From assembly GCA_041915005.1 (NCBI GenBank), contig JAYSCF010000001.1, positions 1 to 33,205 on the forward strand: 33,205 nt of DNA, in the 5' to 3' direction. The position numbers were made by a program, and so were the translations under genes. The stretch comes from Novosphingobium sp. Its GTDB lineage: Bacteria; Pseudomonadota; Alphaproteobacteria; Sphingomonadales; Sphingomonadaceae. Each line of letters begins with the position of its first letter. Position 1 is the stretch's first letter. The notes under the pieces are model-generated. The model saw only the letters and a list, made by a program, of their open reading frames with translations. It had not been told where the DNA came from and searched no databases. Of this stretch, positions 24,859 to 33,205 are shown in pieces.

Positions 24859-26323
24859 GCGCAGCCTTGCGCCCGGCCTGCCGCCCGAAAAAGGTGCAGT
24901 CTGCCAGGCTCAGCCCGGAAGAATAGCCATGCCCCCAGGCCGGCAGACCCGAGGTGCAGCGTCCGGCGGCAAAGAGCCCGGCAATCGGCGCCCCGTCCCG
25001 GTCGAGCACTTCGCCATCGGTCGAGGTGCGCAGCCCGCCGAGCGTGAAGAAGCTGAAATAGCTCGTCTCGAAATTGAGTTCGAGCGCCACGAACGGGCCC
25101 TGATCCAGCGGCACCAGGATCGGCGCGCGCTTGTCGAACAATGGATCGCGCCCTTCGTGGGCGTGGCGATTATAGACCGCCATCGTCGCGCTAAGCGTGC
25201 CTGCGGGCATTTCCAGCTCGGCCTCGACTTCCTCCCAGCTGTCACCGGTGCCAGCGATCGAGATCCGGGCAAAGTCCATCGGCTGGACGAAATGGGCCAT
25301 GTCGAGCAGCAGGTAAACCTTGCCGCCCGGCTGATCGACCGCACAGCGGCTGACCCGGCCGTGATAGCAATCCTCGTTGATGAAGCGCTGGCCCTGAACG
25401 TTGACGAATACGCCCTTGGCGTGGCTTTCGGGCATGGTCCACGGGCAGGTGGTGAAGAACTGCTCCATGTGGATCGCATCGCCACCCGCACCCACGCCCA
25501 GTTCGATACCCGAGCCATCGTCCTTGTCGCCGATCGGATCGTTGAGCTTGAGCGTTTCGGGGCAATACTTGCGCCGCATCGCATCGTTGAACACGAAGCC
25601 CCCGGTAGCCAGGACCACGCCCTTGCTCGCACGGACGAAGCGCGGCTGGTTGTCGATCCGCACCACCAGCCCGACGATCCGCGTCCCGTCACTGACCAAC
25701 GCCAGCGCGCGGGCATCGACCACCACTTCCACGCCCCTGTCGCGAGCAGAGGCTTCGAGGATATCAACCAGCGGGCGTCCGCCGCCCCAGCCCATGTGCT
25801 GGATCACGTGACCGCGAGGCGCCGGCTTGGCCAGATCGCAAAACGGCGAGGCCGCTTCGCTGCCCGACCAGATCAGAGTGGAATCGTCGGTCGGCTCGAT
25901 ATGCTTGCCGGGCAGGTAGTTGCCGCGATAGGGCACGCCCTGCGCCTTGAGCCAGGCAAAATGGTCCAGCGCCTCGGCGGCATAGAGATCGCACTTGGCT
26001 TCATCGACGCAGGGACCGCCCGCCGCCTTGAGATAGGCGGCGAAATCCTCGGTGGCATCGTCAAACCCTGCGGCGCGCTGGACATCACTGCCCCCACCCC
26101 CGCCGATATAGATTTCCCCGCCTGACAGGCCGGAAGCCCCGCCGCTGCCCGAATTGCGCTCGAACAGCATGACCCGCGCGCCTGCGGCTGCCGCCTCGAT
26201 CGCGGCGCAAGCCCCCGCCGCGCCGAAACCGACCACGGCAACCTCGGTTTCGAAATGCCAGGCCCCAACCGCGCTGGCGGGATAAGGCCGGTGCAACGAA
26301 ATTTCGGTCATGCCCTCAGCCAT
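24851..26323 (-). CDS. FAD-dependent 3-ketosteroid Delta4-(5alpha)-dehydrogenase-like protein (Kst4D/TesI type)
   Basis: [30 protein letters not shown] and C-terminal [19 protein letters not shown] (Tyr-x-Ser pattern of Delta4-(5alpha)-KSTD). The start is 26323 or 26311. Confidence 0.8.
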   Translation of the reverse strand: MAEGMTEISLHRPYPASAVGAWHFETEVAVVGFGAAGACAAIEAAAAGARVMLFERNSGSGGASGLSGGEIYIGGGGGSDVQRAAGFDDATEDFAAYLKAAGGPCVDEAKCDLYAAEALDHFAWLKAQGVPYRGNYLPGKHIEPTDDSTLIWSGSEAASPFCDLAKPAPRGHVIQHMGWGGGRPLVDILEASARDRGVEVVVDARALALVSDGTRIVGLVVRIDNQPRFVRASKGVVLATGGFVFNDAMRRKYCPETLKLNDPIGDKDDGSGIELGVGAGGDAIHMEQFFTTCPWTMPESHAKGVFVNVQGQRFINEDCYHGRVSRCAVDQPGGKVYLLLDMAHFVQPMDFARISIAGTGDSWEEVEAELEMPAGTLSATMAVYNRHAHEGRDPLFDKRAPILVPLDQGPFVALELNFETSYFSFFTLGGLRTSTDGEVLDRDGAPIAGLFAAGRCTSGLPAWGHGYSSGLSLADCTFFGRQAGRKAARG

Positions 26324-27356
26324 TCCTCGCCTTCAGCATATCGAGCGCGACATCGACGATCATGTCTTCCTGCCCGCCCACCATCTTGCGACGGCCCAGT
26401 TCGAGCAGAATTTCGCGGGTGTCGATTCCATAAGTTTCGCTGGCCTTCTCGGCATGACGCAGGAAGCTGGAATAGACCCCGGCATAACCAAGGCTCAACG
26501 TTTCACGGTCCACCCGCACCGGACGATCTTGCAGCGGACGAACGAGGTCTTCCGCTGCGTCCATCAGCAGGCTGACATCGCAGCCGTGATTCCAGCCCTT
26601 GCGGTCAACCGCGGCAATGAACACCTCGAGCGGCGCATTGCCCGCCCCCGCGCCCATGCCGGTCAGGCTGGCGTCGATCCGCACCGCCCCGCACTGCGCT
26701 GCAACGATCGAATTGGCCACGCCAAGCCCAAGGTTGTGGTGCGCGTGCATCCCGCGCTGGGTTTCGGGCTTGAGCACCCGGTCATAGGCTTCAAAGCGCG
26801 CACGCACGCCATCCATGTCAAGCGCACCGCCGCTATCGGTGACATAGACGCATTGCGCGCCGTAGCTTTCCATCAGCAGGGCCTGCTGCGCCAACACCTC
26901 AGGCTCGATCATGTGGCTCATCATCAGGAAGCCGGAAACATCCATGCCAAGATCGCGGGCGATGCCGATGTGCTGTTTCGATACGTCAGCCTCGGTGCAA
27001 TGGGTTGCCACCCGCACCGAGCGCACGCCGATGTCGTAGGCTCGGCGCAGTTCCTCGACCGTCCCGACGCCGGGCAGGATCAAGGTGGTCAGCACGCACT
27101 TGTCGAGCACCTCCGCCACGGCTTCCAGCCATTCCCAATCGGTATGGGCACCAAAGCCATAGTTGAAGCTGGCACCAGAAAGCCCGTCGCCATGCGCCAC
27201 TTCGATCGCATCGACGCCCGATGCCTCGATCGCCTGGGCAATCGCACGGACATGATCGAGGCCATACATATGGCGCACGGCGTGCATCCCGTCGCGCAGG
27301 GTCACGTCCTGAATGTAAAGCTTTTCGCCCGCGGCAACGTTGAATTTCGTGCTCAC
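26316..27356 (-). CDS. hsaF: 4-hydroxy-2-oxovalerate/4-hydroxy-2-oxohexanoate aldolase (DmpG/HsaF)
   Basis: [53 protein letters not shown]. Confidence 0.95.
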   Translation of the reverse strand: MSTKFNVAAGEKLYIQDVTLRDGMHAVRHMYGLDHVRAIAQAIEASGVDAIEVAHGDGLSGASFNYGFGAHTDWEWLEAVAEVLDKCVLTTLILPGVGTVEELRRAYDIGVRSVRVATHCTEADVSKQHIGIARDLGMDVSGFLMMSHMIEPEVLAQQALLMESYGAQCVYVTDSGGALDMDGVRARFEAYDRVLKPETQRGMHAHHNLGLGVANSIVAAQCGAVRIDASLTGMGAGAGNAPLEVFIAAVDRKGWNHGCDVSLLMDAAEDLVRPLQDRPVRVDRETLSLGYAGVYSSFLRHAEKASETYGIDTREILLELGRRKMVGGQEDMIVDVALDMLKARNG

Positions 27357-28285
27357 TTGCCCATCCTCCGCGCTGCGAGAAGTTCGCCGGTAGCCTTGGC
27401 TGCGGCCGTCATGATATCGAGGTTGCCCGAATAGGACGGCAGGTAGTCCCCCGCCCCTTCGACTTCGAGCATGATCATCGACTTGATTCCGGTAAATTCG
27501 CCCATGCCGGGGATCTTGAGCTTGTTATTGTCCCCGAACCGCTCGAACTGCACGTCCTGCTTGAGCCGGTATCCGGGCACGTATTTCTGCACTTCGGCAA
27601 CCATGTCCTCGACCGAACGGCGGATCGCGTCCTCGTCGCCGCCTTCGGACAGGGTGAACACCGTATCGCGCATGATCATCGGCGGTTCAGCCGGGTTGAG
27701 GATGATGATCGCCTTGCCCTTGGCCGCCCCGCCGACCACTTCGATCGCCCGTGCGGTGGTGCGGGTAAACTCGTCGATGTTGGCACGCGTCCCAGGCCCG
27801 GCCGAGCGCGAGGAGACCGAGGCGACGATTTCGGCATAGTGGAGCTTGCTGGAAACCCGCGCAACGGCGGCAACCATCGGGATCGTCGCCTGGCCGCCGC
27901 AGGTCACCATGTTGACGTTGGGCTGATCGAGGTGCTGGGTCATGTTGACTGCCGGAACGGTGAACGGCCCGATCGCCGCCGGGGTCAGGTCGACCACCTG
28001 GATGCCATCGCCGCGCAGGGCCTCGTCGTGAACCTTGTGGGCATAGGCACTGGTCGCATCGAAGGCGATGCCGATTTCGCCGTAGCACGGCAGCTTCTTG
28101 AGCCCCTCGATTCCCTCGTGCGTGGTGGCAATGCCATGTTCGCGCGCCATGGCCAGCCCTTCGGAGGCGGGATCGATCCCCACCACCGCTGCCAGCTCCA
28201 TGTTCTGGGGATACTTGATCATCTTCATCATCAGGTCGGTGCCGATATTGCCCGAACCGATGATCGCGGCCTTTACCCGTGCCAT
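27353..28285 (-). CDS. hsaG: Acylating acetaldehyde/propanal dehydrogenase (DmpF/HsaG)
   Basis: [37 protein letters not shown]; RBS AAGGA before ATG 28285. Confidence 0.95.
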   Translation of the reverse strand: MARVKAAIIGSGNIGTDLMMKMIKYPQNMELAAVVGIDPASEGLAMAREHGIATTHEGIEGLKKLPCYGEIGIAFDATSAYAHKVHDEALRGDGIQVVDLTPAAIGPFTVPAVNMTQHLDQPNVNMVTCGGQATIPMVAAVARVSSKLHYAEIVASVSSRSAGPGTRANIDEFTRTTARAIEVVGGAAKGKAIIILNPAEPPMIMRDTVFTLSEGGDEDAIRRSVEDMVAEVQKYVPGYRLKQDVQFERFGDNNKLKIPGMGEFTGIKSMIMLEVEGAGDYLPSYSGNLDIMTAAAKATGELLAARRMGK

Positions 28286-28295
28286 TGCTGTTTCC

Positions 28296-29090
28296 TTAGA
28301 CAAACCGTGCCGTGCACGAGCCGATGCCGTGCAGGGTCATTTCAAACACATCGCCCGCCACCGCCGGTTCCAGCGGAACGAGACTGCCCGAAAGGATCAC
28401 GTCCCCGGCATCAAGCGTGACGCCGTGGGCGCCCAGCGTATTGGCGAGCCAGGCGACCGCCTGGGCCGGATCGCCTTGCACCGCGCTGCCCAGCCCTTCG
28501 GACAGCGGCGCGCCGTTCTTGGTGACAGTGACGCGCAGCGCGGGCAGATCATGCCCGCGCGGATCGGCGCGCTCTGCACCCAGCACGAACACGCCACAGC
28601 TGGCATTGTCGGCCACGGTATCGACGATCGCGATCTTCCAGTCGCGGATGCGGCTGTCGACGATCTCGAAGCAGGGAGCGATATAGTCGGTCGCGGCCAT
28701 CACGTCGGCGGCGGTCACGCCGGGGCCGTTGAGGCTGTGCTTCAGCACGAAGGCGATCTCCGCCTCGGCGCGTGGCTGGATCAGGCCATTGGCGGCAATG
28801 TCGATATCGCCGTCAATCCACATCCGGTCGGTCAGGAAACCGAAATCGGGCTGGTGCACACCCAGCATATCCTGCACCGGCTTGGAAGTAACGCCGATCT
28901 TCTTGCCAACCACGCGCTCGCCATCGCCCTCGCGGCGCGCCAGCGCACCCAGTGAAATCCGGTAGGCATCGTCGATGGTGAGTTCAGGGTGGCGTTCGAT
29001 CAGCGGCACCAGCGTGCGCCCTTCGCGCAGCGCGGCGTAAAGCTCGGCGGCCAGCTGGTCGATCAGGTCCTCATTCGGGGCAATGCTCAC
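28296..29090 (-). CDS. hsaE: 2-hydroxy-dienoate hydratase (MhpD/HsaE, FAH superfamily)
   Basis: [42 protein letters not shown] overlap with the upstream gene. Confidence 0.93.
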   Translation of the reverse strand: MSIAPNEDLIDQLAAELYAALREGRTLVPLIERHPELTIDDAYRISLGALARREGDGERVVGKKIGVTSKPVQDMLGVHQPDFGFLTDRMWIDGDIDIAANGLIQPRAEAEIAFVLKHSLNGPGVTAADVMAATDYIAPCFEIVDSRIRDWKIAIVDTVADNASCGVFVLGAERADPRGHDLPALRVTVTKNGAPLSEGLGSAVQGDPAQAVAWLANTLGAHGVTLDAGDVILSGSLVPLEPAVAGDVFEMTLHGIGSCTARFV

Positions 29091-29581
29091 AGGTAGGCTC
29101 CATCCTGGTAGATCAACGGGGCAACCTCGGCACTGATTTCAGCCTTGAGAACGCGGGCGATGACAATGCTGTGGGTGCCATAGGCCAGCATCGCATCGAT
29201 CACGCAGCTGAGGTTTGCCTGAGCCCCGTCGAGTGCGGGCAAGCCGCTGTCGGTTTCGCGCCAGTTGCCCACGGCAAAGCGTTGTTCGTGCGGCAAGCCG
29301 CCGCCAAACGCCGCCGAAACGTCCTGCTGATCGCGCGACAGCAGGTTGACCGAAAGCGGTGCTGTGGGCACCAGCAGCGCGTGCAAGGCAGTCGCGCGGT
29401 TGACGCAGACCAGCACTGCGGGCGGATCGGCCGTCAGCGAGGTAACCGAGGTTGCCGCCATGCCGACCGGGCCATTGTCGCCGCTGGCCACTACCACCGT
29501 GACCGAGGCTGCAAGCCGCCGCATCGCCGCACGGAACTGCGCCGGGAGATCTTCCGGGACGCTGGGATAGCCGTCAGCCAC
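29087..29581 (-). CDS. hsaB: Flavin reductase component of a two-component monooxygenase (HsaB-like)
   Basis: FRAAMRRLAASVTVV, TSVTSLTADPP, GTHSIVIARV, PLIYQDG. Likely GTG 29581 overlapping the hsaD stop. Confidence 0.85.
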   Translation of the reverse strand: MADGYPSVPEDLPAQFRAAMRRLAASVTVVVASGDNGPVGMAATSVTSLTADPPAVLVCVNRATALHALLVPTAPLSVNLLSRDQQDVSAAFGGGLPHEQRFAVGNWRETDSGLPALDGAQANLSCVIDAMLAYGTHSIVIARVLKAEISAEVAPLIYQDGAYL

Positions 29582-30392
29582 GCAGAAACTCGAGGCTGTA
29601 GCGGTTGAATTCCTCGGCCCGCTCGACCTGGACCCAGTGGCCAGTGCGGGTGAAGGCCATGCAGCGCGCATCGTCGCATCGATCAAGGAAATGGCGTGCA
29701 CCGCTTTCGGGGCAGAACTCGTCGTTCAGGCCCCACATGACGAAGATCGGCTGCTTCAGTTCACCCAGCCGCGGCCCCAGGTTTGGCGTGCGCATTCGCA
29801 TCAGCACATCCTTGGGCTGGGTCCGGGCTACGGCAAAGCGTTCCTGCACCAGCACATCGGGAATGTTCGGCGCGAAATCGGGATGGACCAGATTACCGAT
29901 CAGGCGGCGCTGTTCATCAAGATTGAAGTCCGGTCCGCCAAAGTTCGATACCATCTTGGTAATGCCCGGCATCTTGAAATAGTCTGCCTGCTCCTCGACG
30001 CAGCCCGGTGCCATCAGGATCAACCGTTCGGCAAATTCGGGATGATCGAGCGTCATCTGGATCGCCACGCCGCCGCCGAGTGAATTGCCGACCAGCACCG
30101 CGCGCTCGACCCCGTGCTGGCGCAGCGCCTCATACAGCGTGTCGGTGAACAGTTGCAGCGTGTAGTCGATTCCCTCGGGCTTCGACGAGGCGCCATAGCC
30201 AATCAGGTCGGGCAGGATCACGCGGTAGCCCGCCGCCACGAACTGCGGCCAGTTCTGGCGGAAGTTCGACGCGCCCGAGGCCCCCGGCCCGCTGCCGTGG
30301 ATGAACACCACCACCGGCCCGGAGCCCGCCTCCTTGAGGTGGATCCGGTAGTCACCAGAAACGGTATAGGTGGCTTCTGTCAGAGCAGTCAT
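29574..30392 (-). CDS. hsaD: Meta-cleavage product C-C hydrolase (HsaD/TesD/BphD family)
   Basis: HGSGPGASG, GNSLGG nucleophile elbow, GHWVQVE. Confidence 0.9.
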   Translation of the reverse strand: MTALTEATYTVSGDYRIHLKEAGSGPVVVFIHGSGPGASGASNFRQNWPQFVAAGYRVILPDLIGYGASSKPEGIDYTLQLFTDTLYEALRQHGVERAVLVGNSLGGGVAIQMTLDHPEFAERLILMAPGCVEEQADYFKMPGITKMVSNFGGPDFNLDEQRRLIGNLVHPDFAPNIPDVLVQERFAVARTQPKDVLMRMRTPNLGPRLGELKQPIFVMWGLNDEFCPESGARHFLDRCDDARCMAFTRTGHWVQVERAEEFNRYSLEFLRG

Positions 30393-30407
30393 CGCAGCAG
30401 CCTTCCC

Positions 30408-31622
30408 TTAGAGGAACGGATTGAGCGGGGCAGCGCCCAGCGCCGTGCCAATCGCATCCATCGTGCGATTGTTGGGATCGTTTGCCACGTGTGCGCGGCC
30501 CGCATTGAGATCGAGCCAGGGCTGGATGATGTCGCTGGTCATATAGATCGCGCGACCGCCAAGCTGCCGCACGATATCGTCGATCAGCCCAGCCAGACGG
30601 CGCACCACGGTGCTCGACTGGTAGGCCAGGAAGGCACGCTTATCGAGCGGGATTTCCTCACCGCGTTCTGCATAGCCCATCAGATCCTCGAAGGTCAGTC
30701 GCAGGGTGGTTTCCATCTCACCCTTTTCGGCGATCGCACGGGCCAGAGCTGCGTGCAGGATCGGGTCCTGCTTGGATGCCTTGCCGGTGTTGGTTGAAAC
30801 GCGATCCTGCATGATCGCCATGCCGGCATTGATCGCCGCCTGCGCGCCGCCAAACGCCGCAGTGGATACCGAACGCACAAACACCTGCGCCCAAGGCAGC
30901 GAGTAAAGCGGCCCCGTGTTCACTTCTTGACCGGGGTTCTTGCACAGGAACCCATCGATCGAGCGGTGGGTGCGATAATCCGGCACGAATACATCATCGA
31001 CAATGATATCATGGCTGCCGGTCCCCTGCAGGCCGAACACGTGCCAGGCATCTTCATCGATGGCGTAATCACTGCGCGGCAGCAGGAAGGTGCGCATTTC
31101 CGGCCCATCGCCTTCGGCCTTGGGCGGGCACATCGCGCCCAGCAACACCCAACCGCAATGCGTCGACCCGGTCGAAAAACCCCAGCGCCCCGACAGGCGG
31201 AAGCCACCTTCGACATGGGTCACCTTGCCCACCGGCTGATAGGTCGATGACACCAGCATATCGGCATCATTCCCCCAGACCTCTTCCTGGGCCTGATCGT
31301 GGAACAGCGCAATTTCATAAGGGTGGCAGCCCACCACGCCGAACATCCAGCCGGTCGACATACAACCTTCGGCTAGCGCCTTCTGGACTTCAAAAAACAC
31401 GTTGGGGTGCATTTCATACCCACCCCAACGACGCGGCTGAAGAATGCGAAAGAAACCCGCCGCCCGCAACTCGGCGATCGTTTCCGCCGGAACATTGCGA
31501 TCCCGCACACATTGCTTCGCCCGGCCCTTGAGCACGGGAATCATCGCACGGGCGCGATCAATCAATTCATCGGCAGTCGGCGCGCCCTGCGAACCTTCCG
31601 CGCGCTGTGCAGCGGTGGCCAT
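30408..31622 (-). CDS. hsaA: Flavin-dependent monooxygenase oxygenase subunit (3-HSA hydroxylase, HsaA)
   Basis: GFFRILQPRRWGGYE, CMSTGW, SGRWGFSTGS, WHVFGLQGTGS, DLNAGRAHVAN; RBS AAGGAG before ATG 31622. Confidence 0.9.
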   Translation of the reverse strand: MATAAQRAEGSQGAPTADELIDRARAMIPVLKGRAKQCVRDRNVPAETIAELRAAGFFRILQPRRWGGYEMHPNVFFEVQKALAEGCMSTGWMFGVVGCHPYEIALFHDQAQEEVWGNDADMLVSSTYQPVGKVTHVEGGFRLSGRWGFSTGSTHCGWVLLGAMCPPKAEGDGPEMRTFLLPRSDYAIDEDAWHVFGLQGTGSHDIIVDDVFVPDYRTHRSIDGFLCKNPGQEVNTGPLYSLPWAQVFVRSVSTAAFGGAQAAINAGMAIMQDRVSTNTGKASKQDPILHAALARAIAEKGEMETTLRLTFEDLMGYAERGEEIPLDKRAFLAYQSSTVVRRLAGLIDDIVRQLGGRAIYMTSDIIQPWLDLNAGRAHVANDPNNRTMDAIGTALGAAPLNPFL

Positions 31623-31670
31623 TCTCCCAAGCTCCTTATTTATCGACTCAGCATCACCCAAACCGTGGGC

Positions 31671-31700
31671 TTCGTAATTTTTTTTATCGTTTGATACGCA
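31671..31700. promoter_or_regulatory. 30-bp operator-like motif, copy 7
   Basis: TTCGTAA-ttttttttatcgtttg-ATACGCA (N16) in the divergent hsaA / SDR-hsaC gap. Confidence 0.7.
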
Positions 31701-31709
31701 AATCGTCAA
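31681..31709 (-). promoter_or_regulatory. Putative sigma70 promoter TTGACG-N17-TAAAAA for the hsaA operon
   Basis: Reverse complement of cgtcaa 31704-31709 and ttttta 31681-31686. The spacer and -10 lie within motif copy 7. Confidence 0.5.
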
Positions 31710-31800
31710 TTGAAAAGCCCTTTGGCTTCCGATAATGCTCATTTCGGACATTGTTGAGGGCGCGATTCAGCGAACGCAACATATTGGGGAGAAGGCCGCC

Positions 31801-32574
31801 TTGGCTCAGGCGCAGAATATTGACCTCACAGGTCAGGTGGCGATCGTCACCGGGGGCACCCGCGGCCTTGGCCGCGCCATCTGCGCCGCCCTGGCCGATG
31901 CCGGCTGCCAAGTCGTGGCTTGCGCGCGCAACGCCCCTGAAACCCTGCCCGATGGCGTCACCTTCATGGACGGCGACATCCGCGACCCCGAGGCCGCCAA
32001 GGCACTGGTCGATGGCGTAGTGGCCAAGCACGGCCGGATCGACATTCTGGTGAACAATGCTGGCGGTTCGCCCGCCACGCCTGCCGAAACGGCCAGCCCG
32101 CGCTTCGTCGATGCCATTCTCAAGCTCAACCTGGTGGCCCCGCTCTATCTCGCTCAGGCAGCCCATCCGCATATGGCAGCGGCAGGCGGCGGCAGCATCG
32201 TCAACATCGCCAGCGTATCGGGCGTTCGCCCCTCGCCCGGCACCGCGATCTATGGCGCGGCCAAGGCCGGCCTGCTCAACCTGACCCAAAGCCTTGCCCA
32301 GGAATGGGGTTCCTCCAGCATTCGCGTCAACGCGATCATTGCCGGGCTGATGACCACCGAAAACGCCGAAGCCACCTATGGCGATGCCGAGGCTCAGGCT
32401 GCGGTTGGCCGCTCGATGCCGCTGCAGCGCATGGGCACGGGCCAGGACATCGCCGGAGCAGTGCTGTGGCTGTGCTCGCCGCTCGCCAGTTGGGTCAGCG
32501 GTGCACGCGTCAATGTCGATGGTGGGGGCGAGCGCCCGTATTTTCTTGATCTTGTGAAGGGGGCTCAGGCCTGA
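31801..32574 (+). CDS. Short-chain dehydrogenase/reductase
   Basis: VTGGTRGLG, ACAR, VNNAGG, YGAAK. Probable TTG start at 31801 after GGGGAG. Confidence 0.9.
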   Translation: MAQAQNIDLTGQVAIVTGGTRGLGRAICAALADAGCQVVACARNAPETLPDGVTFMDGDIRDPEAAKALVDGVVAKHGRIDILVNNAGGSPATPAETASPRFVDAILKLNLVAPLYLAQAAHPHMAAAGGGSIVNIASVSGVRPSPGTAIYGAAKAGLLNLTQSLAQEWGSSSIRVNAIIAGLMTTENAEATYGDAEAQAAVGRSMPLQRMGTGQDIAGAVLWLCSPLASWVSGARVNVDGGGERPYFLDLVKGAQA

Positions 32575-33205
32575 TGAGTGTGAAGTCACTGGGCTATGTT
32601 GTCGTGGAAACGGCAAAGCCGGCCGAATGGGACCGGTTTCTGACGCAGGTTGCAGGCGCCATGCGCGCGCCCGATGCGCCGGATGGTGCGGCGCTTTACC
32701 GGATCGATGATCGGCCATTCCGGTTCCGGATCGAAGCTGGCGGCGCCGAACGCCTTGTAGCACCGGCTTTCGAGGTGATGGACAAGACTGCGTTCGATAC
32801 CCTGGCGCAGCGCATCTCTGCCGCTGGACAAGCCGTGCAGTTCGCCAGCCCTGAAGAAGCCGCCGCGCGGGGTGTGTCGGAAATGTTCCGCACCAGCGAT
32901 CCGGCCGGCAACGGGCTGGAATTCTACCACGGCGACAGCCGCACCGATGCGCCCTTTGTCTCCCCGCAGGGCGTGCCGCACTTCGTCACCGGCGAACTGG
33001 GCATGGGCCATGCGGTGCTGAGCGCACCGAACTTTGCCGAAACAGTCGACTTCTACTGCAATGTGGTAGGCCTTGGCCAAACCGACATGCCGCGCTTCTA
33101 TTTCATGGGCGGTCCGCCGGAAGATTCGGGCATGGGCTTTGCCTTCCTCCACGCCGCCAACGGCCGCCACCACAGCCTGGCGCTGGGCGAAGGGCCGATC
33201 CCGCC
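32574..33205 (+). CDS. hsaC: Extradiol ring-cleavage dioxygenase (HsaC/TesB/BphC family); runs off the right window edge
   Basis: Not in the ORF track. ATG 32574 (TGATG overlap) reads MSVKSLGYVVVE...YRIDDRPFR...DPAGNGLEFYHG...FVTGELGMGHAVL...FLHAANGRHHSLAL, with Fe(II) His ligands. Confidence 0.92.
   Translation, partial: MSVKSLGYVVVETAKPAEWDRFLTQVAGAMRAPDAPDGAALYRIDDRPFRFRIEAGGAERLVAPAFEVMDKTAFDTLAQRISAAGQAVQFASPEEAAARGVSEMFRTSDPAGNGLEFYHGDSRTDAPFVSPQGVPHFVTGELGMGHAVLSAPNFAETVDFYCNVVGLGQTDMPRFYFMGGPPEDSGMGFAFLHAANGRHHSLALGEGPIP

Noticed and set aside
26316-31622. Assigning the meta-cleavage genes to simple aromatic (phenol/biphenyl) catabolism
   Set aside because: The HsaA-type oxygenase, both KSTD types, KshA-like Rieske proteins and the FadD19-like ligase point to steroids, although the exact substrate is not provable from sequence.
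32586-33173. 195-aa minus-strand ORF
   Set aside because: Antisense to the extradiol dioxygenase that starts at 32574.

Overview
GC-rich, densely coding bacterial window (an alphaproteobacterial, Sphingomonadaceae-like origin is my inference from gene content and style). It is one large steroid/bile-salt catabolic island. It holds the 9,10-seco A/B-ring cleavage set (hsaA, hsaD, hsaB, hsaE, hsaG, hsaF and a partial hsaC), Delta1- and Delta4(5alpha)-type 3-ketosteroid dehydrogenases, two KshA-like Rieske oxygenases, two acyl-CoA ligases, an amidohydrolase and a Tat-exported amidase. It also has eight SDRs, four NTF2/SnoaL (BaiE-like) proteins, a TonB-dependent receptor, a DUF3604-type lipoprotein with a DUF1254/DUF1214-type partner, and a coupled pair of Lrp/AsnC regulators. 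I found no mobile elements, RNA genes or CRISPR arrays. The most striking non-coding signal is a 30-bp inverted motif, TKCGTAW-N16-WTACGCA. It recurs seven times (six with exactly 16-bp spacing) across all six long AT-rich promoter-type gaps and often overlaps sigma70-like boxes. It is a candidate operator for an island-wide regulon, possibly read by the tandem Lrp pair.
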